Shown here: piece by piece, positions 39,640-50,116 of the stretch
Numbering within the stretch: the stretch's first letter is position 1
How the letters are laid out: each line of letters opens with the position of its first letter
Assembly (NCBI GenBank): GCA_963422645.2
Contig: CAXXVO010000008.1
Span: 288,001 to 352,000 of the forward strand
Length of the DNA: 64,000 nt
Reading direction: 5' to 3'
Source of the DNA: Alphaproteobacteria bacterium
GTDB lineage: Bacteria; Pseudomonadota; Alphaproteobacteria; UBA828
Notes under the pieces: generated by a model
Databases searched by the model: none
Told to the model about the DNA's origin: nothing
Seen by the model: the letters and a program-made list of their open reading frames with translations, nothing else
Position numbers and translations under genes: made by a program

Positions 39640-41627
39640 TCCCCGAGATCGGCCATTACGCCCTGATCCTCGCGCTGGCGATGGCGCTGGTGCAAGCCGC
39701 TGCCGCGCCACTCGGCGCAAGGCTTCGCGATGGTAGCTTGATGGCGCTGGCACGACCGGCTGCGGTGGCGCAGTTCGTCTTTATCTCGGCATCGCTCGCC
39801 TGCCTGATGCAGGCCTTCGTCGTCTCCGATTTCTCGGTGGTGACGGTCGCTGACAACTCCCACTCGGCCAAGCCGCTGCTCTACAAGTTCACCGGCACCT
39901 GGGGCAATCACGAAGGTTCAATGCTGCTCTGGGTGTGGATTCTGGCGGTCTACGGTGCCGCCGTGGCGGTCTTCGGGCGCAACTTGCCGCCGCCCTTCCG
40001 CGCTTGGGTGCTGGCTGTTCAGGCGCTGATCGGGCTCGGCTTTCTGGTCTTTGTGCTCGCCACCTCCAACCCCTTCATGAGGCTCGATCCGGCGCCGTTC
40101 GACGGGCGCGACCTCAACCCCTTGCTGCAGGACCCCGGCCTCGCCTTCCACCCGCCACTGCTCTACCTGGGCTATGTCGGGCTTTCGACAGCCTTCGCTT
40201 TCGCCGTGGCGGCGCTGATCGAAGGGCGTGTGAATGCGGCTTGGGCGCGCTGGGTCCGGCCGTGGACGCTGCTCTCATGGTGCGCGCTGACCGCTGGTAT
40301 CGCGTTGGGTTCCTGGTGGGCCTATTACGAGCTCGGCTGGGGCGGGTTCTGGTTCTGGGACCCCGTAGAGAACGCCTCCTTCATGCCCTGGCTGATGGCG
40401 ACCGCGCTGCTGCACTCTTCGATCGTGGCGGAGAAGCGGGACAGCCTGAAGAGTTGGACCGTTCTGCTGGCGATTCTCGGTTTCTCGCTCAGCCTTCTGG
40501 GGACCTTCCTTGTGCGCTCCGGCGTCCTGACTTCGGTGCATAGCTTCGCCTCCGACCCGGCACGCGGGGTCTACATCCTCGTGTTCCTGGTGATCGTGGT
40601 CGGCGGCTCGCTCACGCTCTACGCCTGGCGCGCACCGGGTATGCGGGCCGGCGGCTCGTTCCGCCCGCTCTCGCGCGAAGGCTCGCTGTTGGCCAACAAT
40701 TTGCTGCTGGCGGTCGGCTGCGCCACGGTCTTCATCGGCACGCTCTATCCGCTAATTCTCGACGCGATCGCGGACCAGAAGGTCTCGGTTGGCCCGCCCT
40801 TCTTCGAATCGACCTTCGTGCCCTTGATGATTCCGCTCCTCCTGATGATGGCGGCGGGGCCCTTGATGGCATGGAAGCGCGCGGGCCCCGGCGCCGTGCT
40901 GCCGCGCCTCGCGATCTCGCTCGCCGCAGCCATCGCGGTGGCGGCGGGGGTCGGACTGAGCGGCGGCGGCCCCTGGGGCGCGGTGCTTGGCATGGCGCTT
41001 GCCGGCTGGGTCGTGGCGGGTGTGCTGACGGAGCTTGCGGAGCGCGTGCGGCTCTTCCGGGTGCCGCTCGCGGAGAGCGCGCGTCGCGCTATCGGCCTGC
41101 CGCGCGCGGCCTGGGCGATGAGCCTCGCCCATCTCGGCGTCGCGGTTCTGGTTGTGGGCACGGTCGGCGCCAGCAATTGGGCAGTGGAGCGAGAGCAAGC
41201 GATGCGGCCGGGTGAGTCGCTCGCCCTTGCCGGCTACGACTTTGAGCTGCAGAGCATCGGCGACGTACCCGGCCCCAACTACCTCGCTCGGCAAGGCGAG
41301 GTCCGGGTCCTGCGGGACGGCGAGGACGTCGCGCTGCTCCTGCCCGAGCGACGGCACTATCCGGTGCAGGACACCTGGACCACCGAGGCCGCGATTCACA
41401 CGACCTGGCTATCCGACCTCTATGTCGTGGTCGGCGAGGACGCGCCTGGCGGCGGTACGGCAATCCGCATCCATCACAATCCGCTCGTTCCCTGGATCTG
41501 GATCGGCGCACTCGTCATGGTGGCGGGCGGTGTCGTCTCGCTGACCGACCGCCGCCACCGCGTGGGCGCACCCGCCCGACGCCGCCATTCGGCACCCGCT
41601 GTCGCCGCTGCCGGCACGGGCGACTGA
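39636..41627 (+). CDS. ccmF: Heme lyase CcmF
   Basis: WGNHEGS, WAYYELGWGGFWFWDPVENAS, SVHSF. Confidence 0.97.
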   Translation: MIPEIGHYALILALAMALVQAAAAPLGARLRDGSLMALARPAAVAQFVFISASLACLMQAFVVSDFSVVTVADNSHSAKPLLYKFTGTWGNHEGSMLLWVWILAVYGAAVAVFGRNLPPPFRAWVLAVQALIGLGFLVFVLATSNPFMRLDPAPFDGRDLNPLLQDPGLAFHPPLLYLGYVGLSTAFAFAVAALIEGRVNAAWARWVRPWTLLSWCALTAGIALGSWWAYYELGWGGFWFWDPVENASFMPWLMATALLHSSIVAEKRDSLKSWTVLLAILGFSLSLLGTFLVRSGVLTSVHSFASDPARGVYILVFLVIVVGGSLTLYAWRAPGMRAGGSFRPLSREGSLLANNLLLAVGCATVFIGTLYPLILDAIADQKVSVGPPFFESTFVPLMIPLLLMMAAGPLMAWKRAGPGAVLPRLAISLAAAIAVAAGVGLSGGGPWGAVLGMALAGWVVAGVLTELAERVRLFRVPLAESARRAIGLPRAAWAMSLAHLGVAVLVVGTVGASNWAVEREQAMRPGESLALAGYDFELQSIGDVPGPNYLARQGEVRVLRDGEDVALLLPERRHYPVQDTWTTEAAIHTTWLSDLYVVVGEDAPGGGTAIRIHHNPLVPWIWIGALVMVAGGVVSLTDRRHRVGAPARRRHSAPAVAAAGTGD

Positions 41628-41632
41628 GATCC

Positions 41633-42238
41633 ATGACAGACGAGAGCAACCAGGCGCCGGCAGGGGAGCAGGCGGAGGAGAAGCCGGTCTCCATCGCCCG
41701 CAGGCTGCGTTATCTCGCGCCGGTGTTTCTATTCGTTGCACTGGCTGCCGCGCTTGGCGTTCAGTTGCTGACTGGCGAGCCCAGCAAGGTGCCGTCGGCG
41801 CTGATCGACAAGCCGGTGCCCGGGTTCTCGCTCCCGCCGGTCCAGGGCTTCGAGGAGGCGGGCGGGTTCGCGACCGCCGACCTCGGCAAGGGCGAGATCG
41901 CGCTCGTCAACATCTTCGCGTCCTGGTGCGGCCCCTGCCGGGTCGAGCACCCGCTGCTCATGACGCTCGCTGCGGCTGGCACGGTCCCGCTCTATGGCAT
42001 CAACTATAAGGACACGCCTGACAACGCCGAGCGCTGGTTGGGCCGGCTCGGCAATCCCTACACGCTGATGGGCGCCGACCTCGACGGCCGCACCGGGATC
42101 GAGTGGGGCGTCTACGGCGTGCCTGAGACCTTCGTGGTGGACGGCTCAGGCCGCATCCGCCATCGCCACGTGGGCGTCCTCTCGAAGCATGACCTGGACG
42201 AGACCATCCTGCCTCTGATCGAGGACTTGCGCGGATGA
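41633..42238 (+). CDS. ccmG: Thiol:disulfide interchange protein CcmG/DsbE
   Basis: ASWCGPCRVEHP, GVYGVPETF. Confidence 0.95.
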   Translation: MTDESNQAPAGEQAEEKPVSIARRLRYLAPVFLFVALAAALGVQLLTGEPSKVPSALIDKPVPGFSLPPVQGFEEAGGFATADLGKGEIALVNIFASWCGPCRVEHPLLMTLAAAGTVPLYGINYKDTPDNAERWLGRLGNPYTLMGADLDGRTGIEWGVYGVPETFVVDGSGRIRHRHVGVLSKHDLDETILPLIEDLRG

Positions 42239-42735
42239 GCGCCACGATTCGGACCGTACGGTGTGCGCTCCTTGGGGCAACGTGCGCGCTCTGGCTCGGG
42301 CTCGCGGCGGGTCCCAGTCTGGCGTTCACGCCCGACGAGCCGCTGGCCGACCCCGCGCTCGAGGCCCGCGCCCGTGCGCTCCATGCGGAGCTCCGCTGTC
42401 TGGTGTGTCAGGGCCAGTCGATCGCCAATTCCAATGCGGCGCTGGCCCAGGACATGCGCGCCATCGTTCGTGAGCGCCTCGCCGCCGGCGAAAACGATGA
42501 CGCGGTAAGGGGGTTCCTGACCGACCGCTACGGCGATTACGTGCTGCTGGACCCGCCGGTGAAGCCCGAGACCTACGCGCTCTGGTTCGGCCCCGCTGCC
42601 GTCTTCGTCATCGGTGCCGGCATCGCCTTCGCCCTGTTGCGGCGCGCGAGGGCCGGTGCGCGCGAAGCGGGGGCGGCGCCGCTTTCCGCCGAGGAGAGGC
42701 GGCGGCTGGACGCGCTTCTCGACGACGACGCCTGA
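42235..42735 (+). CDS. ccmH: Cytochrome c biogenesis protein CcmH
   Basis: LRCLVCQGQSI, RYGDYVLLDPP. Confidence 0.95.
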   Translation: MSATIRTVRCALLGATCALWLGLAAGPSLAFTPDEPLADPALEARARALHAELRCLVCQGQSIANSNAALAQDMRAIVRERLAAGENDDAVRGFLTDRYGDYVLLDPPVKPETYALWFGPAAVFVIGAGIAFALLRRARAGAREAGAAPLSAEERRRLDALLDDDA

Positions 42736-42746
42736 CCGGGCAGCCG

Positions 42747-44177
42747 ATGCTCTTCGCGCTTGCCGCCGCATTGCTGACGGCGCTCGCCGTCGTGGCGGTG
42801 CTGATCCCGTTGCTGCGCCGGCACCGCCGGGAACCGTCGCGGGCGGACTACGACCTCACCGTCTATCGCGATCAGCTTCGCGAGCTGGAGAGCGACCGTG
42901 CCCGCGGGCTGGTCAGCGAGGGGCAGATCGAGGCAGCCCGCACCGAGATAGAGCGGCGCATGCTGCGCACGGCACGGGCGCGGGAAAGAGCGCAGGCGGC
43001 GGACGCGGCTCAAGCACCCGGTTCGGTGGACACCGGGTCGCGCGCGCACCGGTGGCGGTGGGCGGCGGCTATCGTGCTCGGACTCTGCGTCCCGGCCCTG
43101 GCGGCCGGCGTCTATGCGAGCCTCGGCAGCCCGGGTCTGCCCGGTCGCCCGTTCGCGGAGATCGAGCGGCCGGTCGAACCACCGGCGGCGGCCGCGGCCT
43201 TCAGCGAGCCGGTCGAGCGGCTCGCGGCGCGGCTCGCGGCGAACCCAGACGATCTCGAAGGCTGGCTTCTGCTCGGCCGCTCCTACGTGGTGCTGCAGCG
43301 CTACGGCGAGGCGGCGGACGCGCTGCGGCAGGCAGCGGCGCTTTCCGGCGGCGATCCGGACGTGCTGGGGATGCTGGGGGAGGCGATTGTCTGGGCCAAC
43401 GACGGCGTGGTGGTGCCCGAGGCTGCCGGCATCTTTCGCCAAGTCCTCGACGCGCGGCCGCAGGACCCGGCGGCGCGCTTCCATATGGCGCTTGCCCGCG
43501 CCCAGGCCGGTGAGGTGCGGGAGGCCTATGACATGTGGCTGGCGCTCGCCGCCGATACGCCGGCGGACGCGCTCTGGCGCGGGGACCTGGAGGGTCTGAT
43601 CCGCCAGGCGGCGGAAGTGTTAGGGGTGGAGCCGGGGTCGGTTCCGAGCGGGCCCGCTAGCGCGCCGCGCGCACCGGCCGTGACCGAGGCACCGTCCGGC
43701 CCGACGGTGGACGACATGGCGGCTGCGGCGGAGATGTCTCCCGACGAGCGTATGGACATGATCCGCAGCATGGTGGAAAGCCTCGCCGAGCGTCTTGAGG
43801 AGAACCCCGACGACCCCGAGGGCTGGCTACGCCTCGCGCGCTCCTACACCGTGCTTGGCGAGCCTGAAAAGGCGACAGATGCGCTGCGCCGGGCCGTGGA
43901 GCTGATGCCCGACGACCTCGCGACCCTTCACGCTTACGCCCGCGCGCTCTCTGGCGAGATCGGAGCGGAACCGCCTCCGGCAGAGGCGGTGGCCGTCTAT
44001 GAGCGCATTCTGGCGTTCGACCCGGACGATGGGGCGGCGCTCTGGTTCGTCGGGCTCGCTGCGGCGCAACGGGGCGACGGTGCCACCGCGCGCGCGCATT
44101 GGGAACGCCTCCTCGCCCTTCTTGCGCCGGGTACGGACGAGCACCAGGCGGTTCAGACGGCGCTGGACACTCTCTAG
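42747..44177 (+). CDS. ccmI: Cytochrome c biogenesis protein CcmI (TPR)
   Basis: VYRDQLRELE, YASLGSP, two GW(L)LLGRSY-type TPR blocks. Confidence 0.92.
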   Translation: MLFALAAALLTALAVVAVLIPLLRRHRREPSRADYDLTVYRDQLRELESDRARGLVSEGQIEAARTEIERRMLRTARARERAQAADAAQAPGSVDTGSRAHRWRWAAAIVLGLCVPALAAGVYASLGSPGLPGRPFAEIERPVEPPAAAAAFSEPVERLAARLAANPDDLEGWLLLGRSYVVLQRYGEAADALRQAAALSGGDPDVLGMLGEAIVWANDGVVVPEAAGIFRQVLDARPQDPAARFHMALARAQAGEVREAYDMWLALAADTPADALWRGDLEGLIRQAAEVLGVEPGSVPSGPASAPRAPAVTEAPSGPTVDDMAAAAEMSPDERMDMIRSMVESLAERLEENPDDPEGWLRLARSYTVLGEPEKATDALRRAVELMPDDLATLHAYARALSGEIGAEPPPAEAVAVYERILAFDPDDGAALWFVGLAAAQRGDGATARAHWERLLALLAPGTDEHQAVQTALDTL

Positions 44178-44328
44178 CGCTTCTCCACGCGTCCGACACT
44201 CCCTCGATTGGACGGTGCGGACACTTGCTTATCTTCCGATGACACCGAGCTGTCCCATAAGCGCAATCAGCGCGTCATGCCGGTCGCCTAGGGTCCCATT
44301 CTCCCGCTCCGCAAGGGTAAGCGCGTCG

Positions 44329-44347
44329 GGTGAGACGTGCGGGCTAG
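44329..44347. repeat. Second copy of the GGTGAGAnnTGCGGGCTAG motif
   Basis: 17/19 identical to 9268-9286, intergenic between ccmI and lexA. Confidence 0.45.
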
Positions 44348-44412
44348 CCACGGGGAATACCGCTTTTCCGCTCGACACATAGTCGCGTACGATACCTCGC
44401 GTACGTCTCCCC

Positions 44413-44467
44413 TTGACATTGGTGGCGAACCAAACTAGAACAAAGGTGGGAGGTTTCCTCTTTGTTC
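44413..44467 (+). promoter_or_regulatory. lexA sigma70 promoter with alphaproteobacterial SOS boxes
   Basis: TTGACA (44413) - 17 nt - TAGAAC; GAAC-N7-GAAC at 44427-44441 overlaps the -10; near-consensus GTTT-N7-GTTC at 44453-44467. Confidence 0.85.
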
Positions 44468-44485
44468 GACTGATGAGGTTCGCCG

Positions 44486-45193
44486 ATGCTGACCAGAAAG
44501 CAAAAGGAACTATTGCTCTTCATCGATTCCTATCTCGAAAGTCGCGGTATCGCCCCTTCGTTCGAGGAGATGAAGGAGGCGGTCAACCTCAAATCCAAAT
44601 CCGGCATTCACCGGCTTGTCAAAGCACTTGAGGAGCGCGGATTTCTGCGGCGGTTGCCGCATCGGGCACGCGCGCTGGAAGTGCTGAGGCCGCCGCCCTC
44701 CCGTGTCGCCGACGTGCCGGAGCGGCAGCCGAACCGTCGCTTTCGGCCGAGCGTGATCAAGGCCGATTTCCGCTCCGGGCGCGGGACCGAGCGCCCGTCG
44801 GACGACCGAGCCAGCGTAGCGCTTCCGCTTTACGGCCGCATTGCTGCCGGCACGCCGATCGAGGCTTTGCGCGACGAGACCAACCAAGTCGACATTCCAG
44901 GCGCAATGTTGGGTGCGGGCGAGCATTACGCGCTCGAAGTCGACGGCGATTCGATGATCGAAGCCGGGATTCTCGAGGGCGATACCGCCGTGATCGAGCG
45001 CTGCGAGACCGCCGAGAGCGGCGCCATCGTCGTGGCCCTGGTGGACGACAGCAAGGTGACGCTCAAGCGGCTGCGGCGCAAGGGCGAATCCATCGCGCTG
45101 GAGCCCGCAAACACGCGCTACGAGACGCGTATTTTCGGCCCCGGCCGGGTCAAGGTGCAGGGCAAGCTCAAGGGCATTCTCCGCAGCTACTGA
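44486..45193 (+). CDS. lexA: SOS repressor LexA
   Basis: MLTRKQ, PSFEEMK, IAAG cleavage site, GDSM serine, VTLKR lysine. Confidence 0.97.
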   Translation: MLTRKQKELLLFIDSYLESRGIAPSFEEMKEAVNLKSKSGIHRLVKALEERGFLRRLPHRARALEVLRPPPSRVADVPERQPNRRFRPSVIKADFRSGRGTERPSDDRASVALPLYGRIAAGTPIEALRDETNQVDIPGAMLGAGEHYALEVDGDSMIEAGILEGDTAVIERCETAESGAIVVALVDDSKVTLKRLRRKGESIALEPANTRYETRIFGPGRVKVQGKLKGILRSY

Positions 45194-45204
45194 GCCAACT
45201 ACCC

Positions 45205-47313
45205 TTAACGGGCCTGCGCGCGTCGGGCGACCCAGGGCCGCTCGCCGCGCACCGCTGCCACGCTTTCGACACGAGCACCCTCTCCATCCAGCCATATGGC
45301 GTGGCTGCCGCCCCGCCAGAGGTCGAAGCGCGCCACCACCGTCTCGGGACCTTCGCACAGGTCCCAGGCCGGGACGGCACTGACCACCAGGTCGGCGCGG
45401 CGACAGTCTTCCTCGAACGCGCGTGGGTCGCGCACGAACGCAATCGTTCGATTACCGCGCCGCTGTATGCAGCCAAGTGTATCGCAGCGGATCCCTGCGG
45501 CAGGTGCGCCACGGCCGTCCCGCGGCCAGGTCGGCGCCTCCGCCTGCCCGTCCCGCCTGAGCCAAAAGTCGCTCACGAAGCGCCCCCGCTGGCGGGTGGA
45601 AATCCAAAGCTGCCCGTCCTCGCCGCGTGTCGCCATCACCTTTGCATCGCCGTCGACCAGGATGTCCGGCCTCCGCTCCAGGCCGGTCAGCACCACCCCG
45701 CCGCCAATCACCAGTATCCCGAGAAAGCGCCAGCGGCTGCGCCAGAGGCAGAGCCACAGGCCGCCAACCGAGATCGCGAGCAAGGCCGCCGGCGGCATCG
45801 CCGGAACGAGGGTAACCGCCCCCGGCTGCGCTGCGACCTCGCGCGCGATCCAGACCACCGCGTCGATCCCCCAGCCCATCGGGGCGAGGGCAATCCCCTC
45901 GAGCCCGAGCGGCATCAGGATGAGCGCGACCAGTCCCCAGGGCATGATCCAGAAGCCGGTGATCGGCACGGCCCCGAGATTGGCGAGAAGCCCGTAATCT
46001 GCGATGCGGTTGAAGTGGTAGACCGCGAAAGGGCCGGTGGCGATGCCGGCCACGAGCGACGTGAGCGCCACGCCGGCCGCGTAGACCACGGGGCGGAGAG
46101 CGAGGCCGCCGCGTGCCGCCATGCGGGCGAAGAGGCCCCGCGCCGCTTCGTAGGTCGCGATCAAGGCAGTCGCTGCGGCGAAGGACATCTGGAAACTGGG
46201 CCCGAGCATGCTTTCAGGCGCGATCGCCAGCACTAACAGCGCTGCCCAGGCGATCAGCCGCATCGAGAGGCTCGCCCGGTCCAGCATGATCGCGAGCAGC
46301 ACGACGCCCACCATGATGAATGCCCGCTGGGTCGGCACGCTCATGCCGGAGAGCAGCAGGTATGCCGCGGCACCCAACAGCGCACAGGCTGCCGCCCACT
46401 TCTTGATCGGCGCTCTGAGGGCCACCGGTTCGATCAACGCCAGCAGGCCCCGTGAGGCGAAGAAGATGAATCCGGCGATCAGGCCGACGTGGAGCCCCGA
46501 GATAGCCAGCAGGTGCGCGAGGCCGGAATCCCGCATCGCCTTGAGCGCGGTCTTCTCGATGGCGCTGCGGTCGCCGGTTAGCAGCGCCGTCGCGAACGGC
46601 CCTGCCGAGGGCGACGCCGCCGCGAGGATTCGCGACGAGACCCAATGGCGGACCCGCGAGAGCAGCGAGAGCAGGCTGTCGCTTTCTCCCTCGGGCGCGT
46701 CCTCGGGCGACGCCGCGCCGTAGACGAAGCCCACCGCGCCGATCCGCTGGAACCACGCTTGGCGCCCGAAGTCCCACGCCCCGGGTTCCGCAGGCGTGGG
46801 CGGCGGTCTTAGCGACGCGAGAGCGCTCAGCCACGACCCGGGCGAGGCCGGACCATGCGGGCCGGTGCTGCGTATGCTGAGCCGCACGCGCGTTGGCGTT
46901 TCCTCCGGGGCCAAGCCCTCAATCGTCGCGCGATCGAGGAGGTAGCGCTGTGGGCCCTCACCGGCGCCGACCCAGATCACGCGGCCCGACACGTCCACCG
47001 GGCCGATGGGGCCCGCAAGCACCGGCGCACTGACCCGGTCGGAGCGCCAGTCGGCGGCGGCGACCCCGGCGGCGAGCAGCGCCAACGCCGCGAGACCAAG
47101 GGCCGGTGCCGTGAACCGGCGCAGCAATAGCGCCGCGAGGGCGAAGAACCCGGCCCCCGCCGGCGCAATCCAGCCGATCGGTTCGGTCGGCAGCGTGAGG
47201 TAAAGGCCGCCACCGGCGCCGAAGAGGACCGGCACCCACAGGAAAACGCGGCGGCGCTCGGTGGCCCACACCGCGTCGAGTTGGATGCGCAGGCCGGCTG
47301 CGAGCCTCAGCAC
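45205..47313 (-). CDS. comEC: ComEC/Rec2 competence protein
   Basis: [30 protein letters not shown]. Confidence 0.93.
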   Translation of the reverse strand: MLRLAAGLRIQLDAVWATERRRVFLWVPVLFGAGGGLYLTLPTEPIGWIAPAGAGFFALAALLLRRFTAPALGLAALALLAAGVAAADWRSDRVSAPVLAGPIGPVDVSGRVIWVGAGEGPQRYLLDRATIEGLAPEETPTRVRLSIRSTGPHGPASPGSWLSALASLRPPPTPAEPGAWDFGRQAWFQRIGAVGFVYGAASPEDAPEGESDSLLSLLSRVRHWVSSRILAAASPSAGPFATALLTGDRSAIEKTALKAMRDSGLAHLLAISGLHVGLIAGFIFFASRGLLALIEPVALRAPIKKWAAACALLGAAAYLLLSGMSVPTQRAFIMVGVVLLAIMLDRASLSMRLIAWAALLVLAIAPESMLGPSFQMSFAAATALIATYEAARGLFARMAARGGLALRPVVYAAGVALTSLVAGIATGPFAVYHFNRIADYGLLANLGAVPITGFWIMPWGLVALILMPLGLEGIALAPMGWGIDAVVWIAREVAAQPGAVTLVPAMPPAALLAISVGGLWLCLWRSRWRFLGILVIGGGVVLTGLERRPDILVDGDAKVMATRGEDGQLWISTRQRGRFVSDFWLRRDGQAEAPTWPRDGRGAPAAGIRCDTLGCIQRRGNRTIAFVRDPRAFEEDCRRADLVVSAVPAWDLCEGPETVVARFDLWRGGSHAIWLDGEGARVESVAAVRGERPWVARRAQAR

Positions 47314-47441
47314 TTGCTCGGAACCGTGTCGCCACGCAACCGGTGGCCGGCCGGTCGCCTGTTGCCGGACGATATGCTAAACGCTCGACGGTTCCGATCC
47401 GTGGCCAACGGCCGGGTCGTCTGCCGGGGGTAAGATCGCAC

Positions 47442-48851
47442 ATGAGCGTCGTCACGCGTTTCGCGCCGTCGCCGACCGGCATGCTGCACCTCGGCGGCGC
47501 GCGCACCGCCCTCTTCAACTGGCTTTACGCGCGCCGTCACGGCGGCAGCTTCCGGCTGCGGCTGGAGGACACCGACCGCAAACGCTCAACCCCCGAAGCC
47601 ATAGCCGCAATCATCGACGGGATCACCTGGCTCGGTCTCGATTGGGACGACGAGATCGTGCGTCAATCAGAGCGCAGAGAGCGCCATATTGACGTCGTGC
47701 AGGGCTTGCTCGCAGCCGGCGGCGCCTACCGCTGCTACTGCACGCCAGAGGAGCTGGAGGCCATGCGCGCCGAGGCTCGTGCCGCTGGTCGCGCAGCGCT
47801 CTACGACGGGCGCTGGCGAGACCGTGACCCGGCGCAAGCGCCACCCGGCGTCGATCCCGTGATCCGCTTTCGAGCACCGCAGGAAGGCAACACTATCATA
47901 CCAGATTTGGTCCAACGAGATGTCCAAATTGATAACACAGCTCTCGACGACATGGTACTGCTGCGTGCCGACGGCACGCCGACCTACATGCTCTCGGTGG
48001 TGGTGGACGACCACGACATGGGGATCACCCATGCGATCCGGGGCGACGACCACCTCACCAACGCCTTTCGGCAGACCCAGCTTTTCCTCGCCCTCGGGTG
48101 GGAGCCGCCGGCCTATGCCCATATCCCGCTGATCCACGGCCCCGACGGCGCGAAGCTCTCCAAGCGGCACGGCGCGGTCGCCGTCGGCGCCTATGCCGAG
48201 CTCGGCATTCTGCCCTCTGCCATGCGCAATGCGCTGCTGCGGCTCGGCTGGAGCCACGGTGACGACGAGATCATCGACACCGACCAGGCCATCGCCTGGT
48301 TCGACCTCGACGCGGTGAACCGCGGCGCGGCGCGCTTCGACATGGAGAAGCTCCAGAGCCTCAACGGCCACTACATCCGCACGAGTGCCGATTCCGAACT
48401 GCTGTCCGATGTCGAACGAAGGCTCGCCGCGCGCTATCCTGCGGCCGCCACGGACGAAGGACGGCGGCGGATTGCCGCCCTGCTACCGGAGGCCAAGGCG
48501 CGTGCGAAGACGCTGGTCGAGCTCGCCGACAAGCTGGCGTTCCTGGTCTGCGACCGGCCCTTGGAGATGACGCCCAAGGCAGCGCGGCTGCTGGGCGACG
48601 AAGGTAGTGAGGCGCGGGGCCGCCTCGGCCGTCTGACCGCTGTGCTGCAGGACGGCGCGGCTTCGGATGAAGCGCAACTCGAAACCGCGGTCCGCAGCTT
48701 TGCCGAGAGCGAAGGCGTCGGTCTCGGCGCCATCGCGCAGCCGCTCAGGGCGGCGTTGACAGGCGCGCACGCGTCACCCGGAATCTTCGCCGTCATGGCC
48801 GCGCTCGGCCGGGAGGAGACGCTGGCGCGCCTGGTGGACGCCGGAGGTTGA
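47442..48851 (+). CDS. gltX: Glutamate--tRNA ligase
   Basis: [25 protein letters not shown]. Confidence 0.97.
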   Translation: MSVVTRFAPSPTGMLHLGGARTALFNWLYARRHGGSFRLRLEDTDRKRSTPEAIAAIIDGITWLGLDWDDEIVRQSERRERHIDVVQGLLAAGGAYRCYCTPEELEAMRAEARAAGRAALYDGRWRDRDPAQAPPGVDPVIRFRAPQEGNTIIPDLVQRDVQIDNTALDDMVLLRADGTPTYMLSVVVDDHDMGITHAIRGDDHLTNAFRQTQLFLALGWEPPAYAHIPLIHGPDGAKLSKRHGAVAVGAYAELGILPSAMRNALLRLGWSHGDDEIIDTDQAIAWFDLDAVNRGAARFDMEKLQSLNGHYIRTSADSELLSDVERRLAARYPAAATDEGRRRIAALLPEAKARAKTLVELADKLAFLVCDRPLEMTPKAARLLGDEGSEARGRLGRLTAVLQDGAASDEAQLETAVRSFAESEGVGLGAIAQPLRAALTGAHASPGIFAVMAALGREETLARLVDAGG

Positions 48852-48865
48852 GGGAGGAGCGAACG

Positions 48866-50116
48866 ATGACGGAAGACCGGGTCGACCTCGCGATCACGGG
48901 CGCGCATCTCTGGCGGGAGGACGGGCCGCGCGATCTCTTCGTCAGGGACGGCCGCTTCGTGCCCGCGCCTTCCGGCGGCGCGGCCGCGTCCGAGCGCACC
49001 ATCGATGCCGGCGGGCGCCTCTGCGTGGCGGGCTTCCTGGAGCCGCACATCCACCTCGACAAGGCGCAGATCAACGACGATGTCAGGCCCAACCGGTCCG
49101 GCACCCTCGACGAGGCCATCGAGATCATCTGGGCGCGGAAGCGTGCCTACACCGTGGAGGAGATCGCCGCGCGCGCGGTGCGCACGATCCGCTCGGCCGT
49201 CGCCAACGGCGTCACGCGCTTCCGCAGCCATGTCGATGTGGACAGCATCGGCGGCCTCCGTCCGCTGGAAGGCGTGCTGGAAGCGCGCGAGCGCACCCGC
49301 GACATTGCCGACGTTCAGATCGTCGCCTTCCCGCAAGAAGGCATTTTCAAGGACAAGGGGACCGACGACCTGATGTGGAAGGCGATGGAGGCGGGTGCCG
49401 ACCTGGTGGGCGGCATGCCCTTCAACGAGGCGACGCCGGAGGACAGCGCCCGCCATATTGCGCTCGCCTTCGAGATCGCAGCGCATCACGACGCCGACAT
49501 CGACATGCACGTGGACGAGACCGATGATCCCGACGCGAAGACGCTCGAAGTGCTGGCCGAGCAGACCATGGAGAAGGGCTGGCAGGGGCGTGTTACCGCC
49601 GGCCACACCTGCGCGCTCGCGGGCTACGAGGAGGACTACGCCAACCGCGTGATCGGGCTCGTGAAGGACGCGGGCATCCACATGATCGTGAACCCCGCGA
49701 CCAACCTCATGCTCCAGGGGCGGGGCGATGCGCAGCCCAAGCGGCGCGGCATCACCCGCGTAAAGGAGCTGCTGGAGGCCGGCGTCAACGTCTCCTGCGG
49801 ACAGGACTGTATCCGCGATACCTTTTACCCTTACGGGCTGGGGGATCCGCTGGAGGTGATGTTCCTCGCGAGTCACGCCGCGCACATGAGCCGCCCGCAC
49901 GAGATCGAGACGGTCTTCGACATGCCGACCGGTGCCGCCGCCCGCACCATGGGGCTCGACGACTATGGCGCAGAGCCCGGCTGCGTCGCCGACCTGGTGA
50001 TCATCGACGCGGCCGATCCGCTGGAAGCGCTGACCCGGCGGGCGGACCGCACCCACGTCATCAAGGGCGGCCGAGTGGTAGCCGAGACCGTGACCCAGCG
50101 GACCGCCTGGTCCTAG
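48866..50116 (+). CDS. Cytosine/creatinine deaminase-like amidohydrolase (CodA family)
   Basis: EPHIHLDKA, AFPQEG, DMHVDE, AGHTC, GQDCIRD. Confidence 0.88.
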   Translation: MTEDRVDLAITGAHLWREDGPRDLFVRDGRFVPAPSGGAAASERTIDAGGRLCVAGFLEPHIHLDKAQINDDVRPNRSGTLDEAIEIIWARKRAYTVEEIAARAVRTIRSAVANGVTRFRSHVDVDSIGGLRPLEGVLEARERTRDIADVQIVAFPQEGIFKDKGTDDLMWKAMEAGADLVGGMPFNEATPEDSARHIALAFEIAAHHDADIDMHVDETDDPDAKTLEVLAEQTMEKGWQGRVTAGHTCALAGYEEDYANRVIGLVKDAGIHMIVNPATNLMLQGRGDAQPKRRGITRVKELLEAGVNVSCGQDCIRDTFYPYGLGDPLEVMFLASHAAHMSRPHEIETVFDMPTGAAARTMGLDDYGAEPGCVADLVIIDAADPLEALTRRADRTHVIKGGRVVAETVTQRTAWS

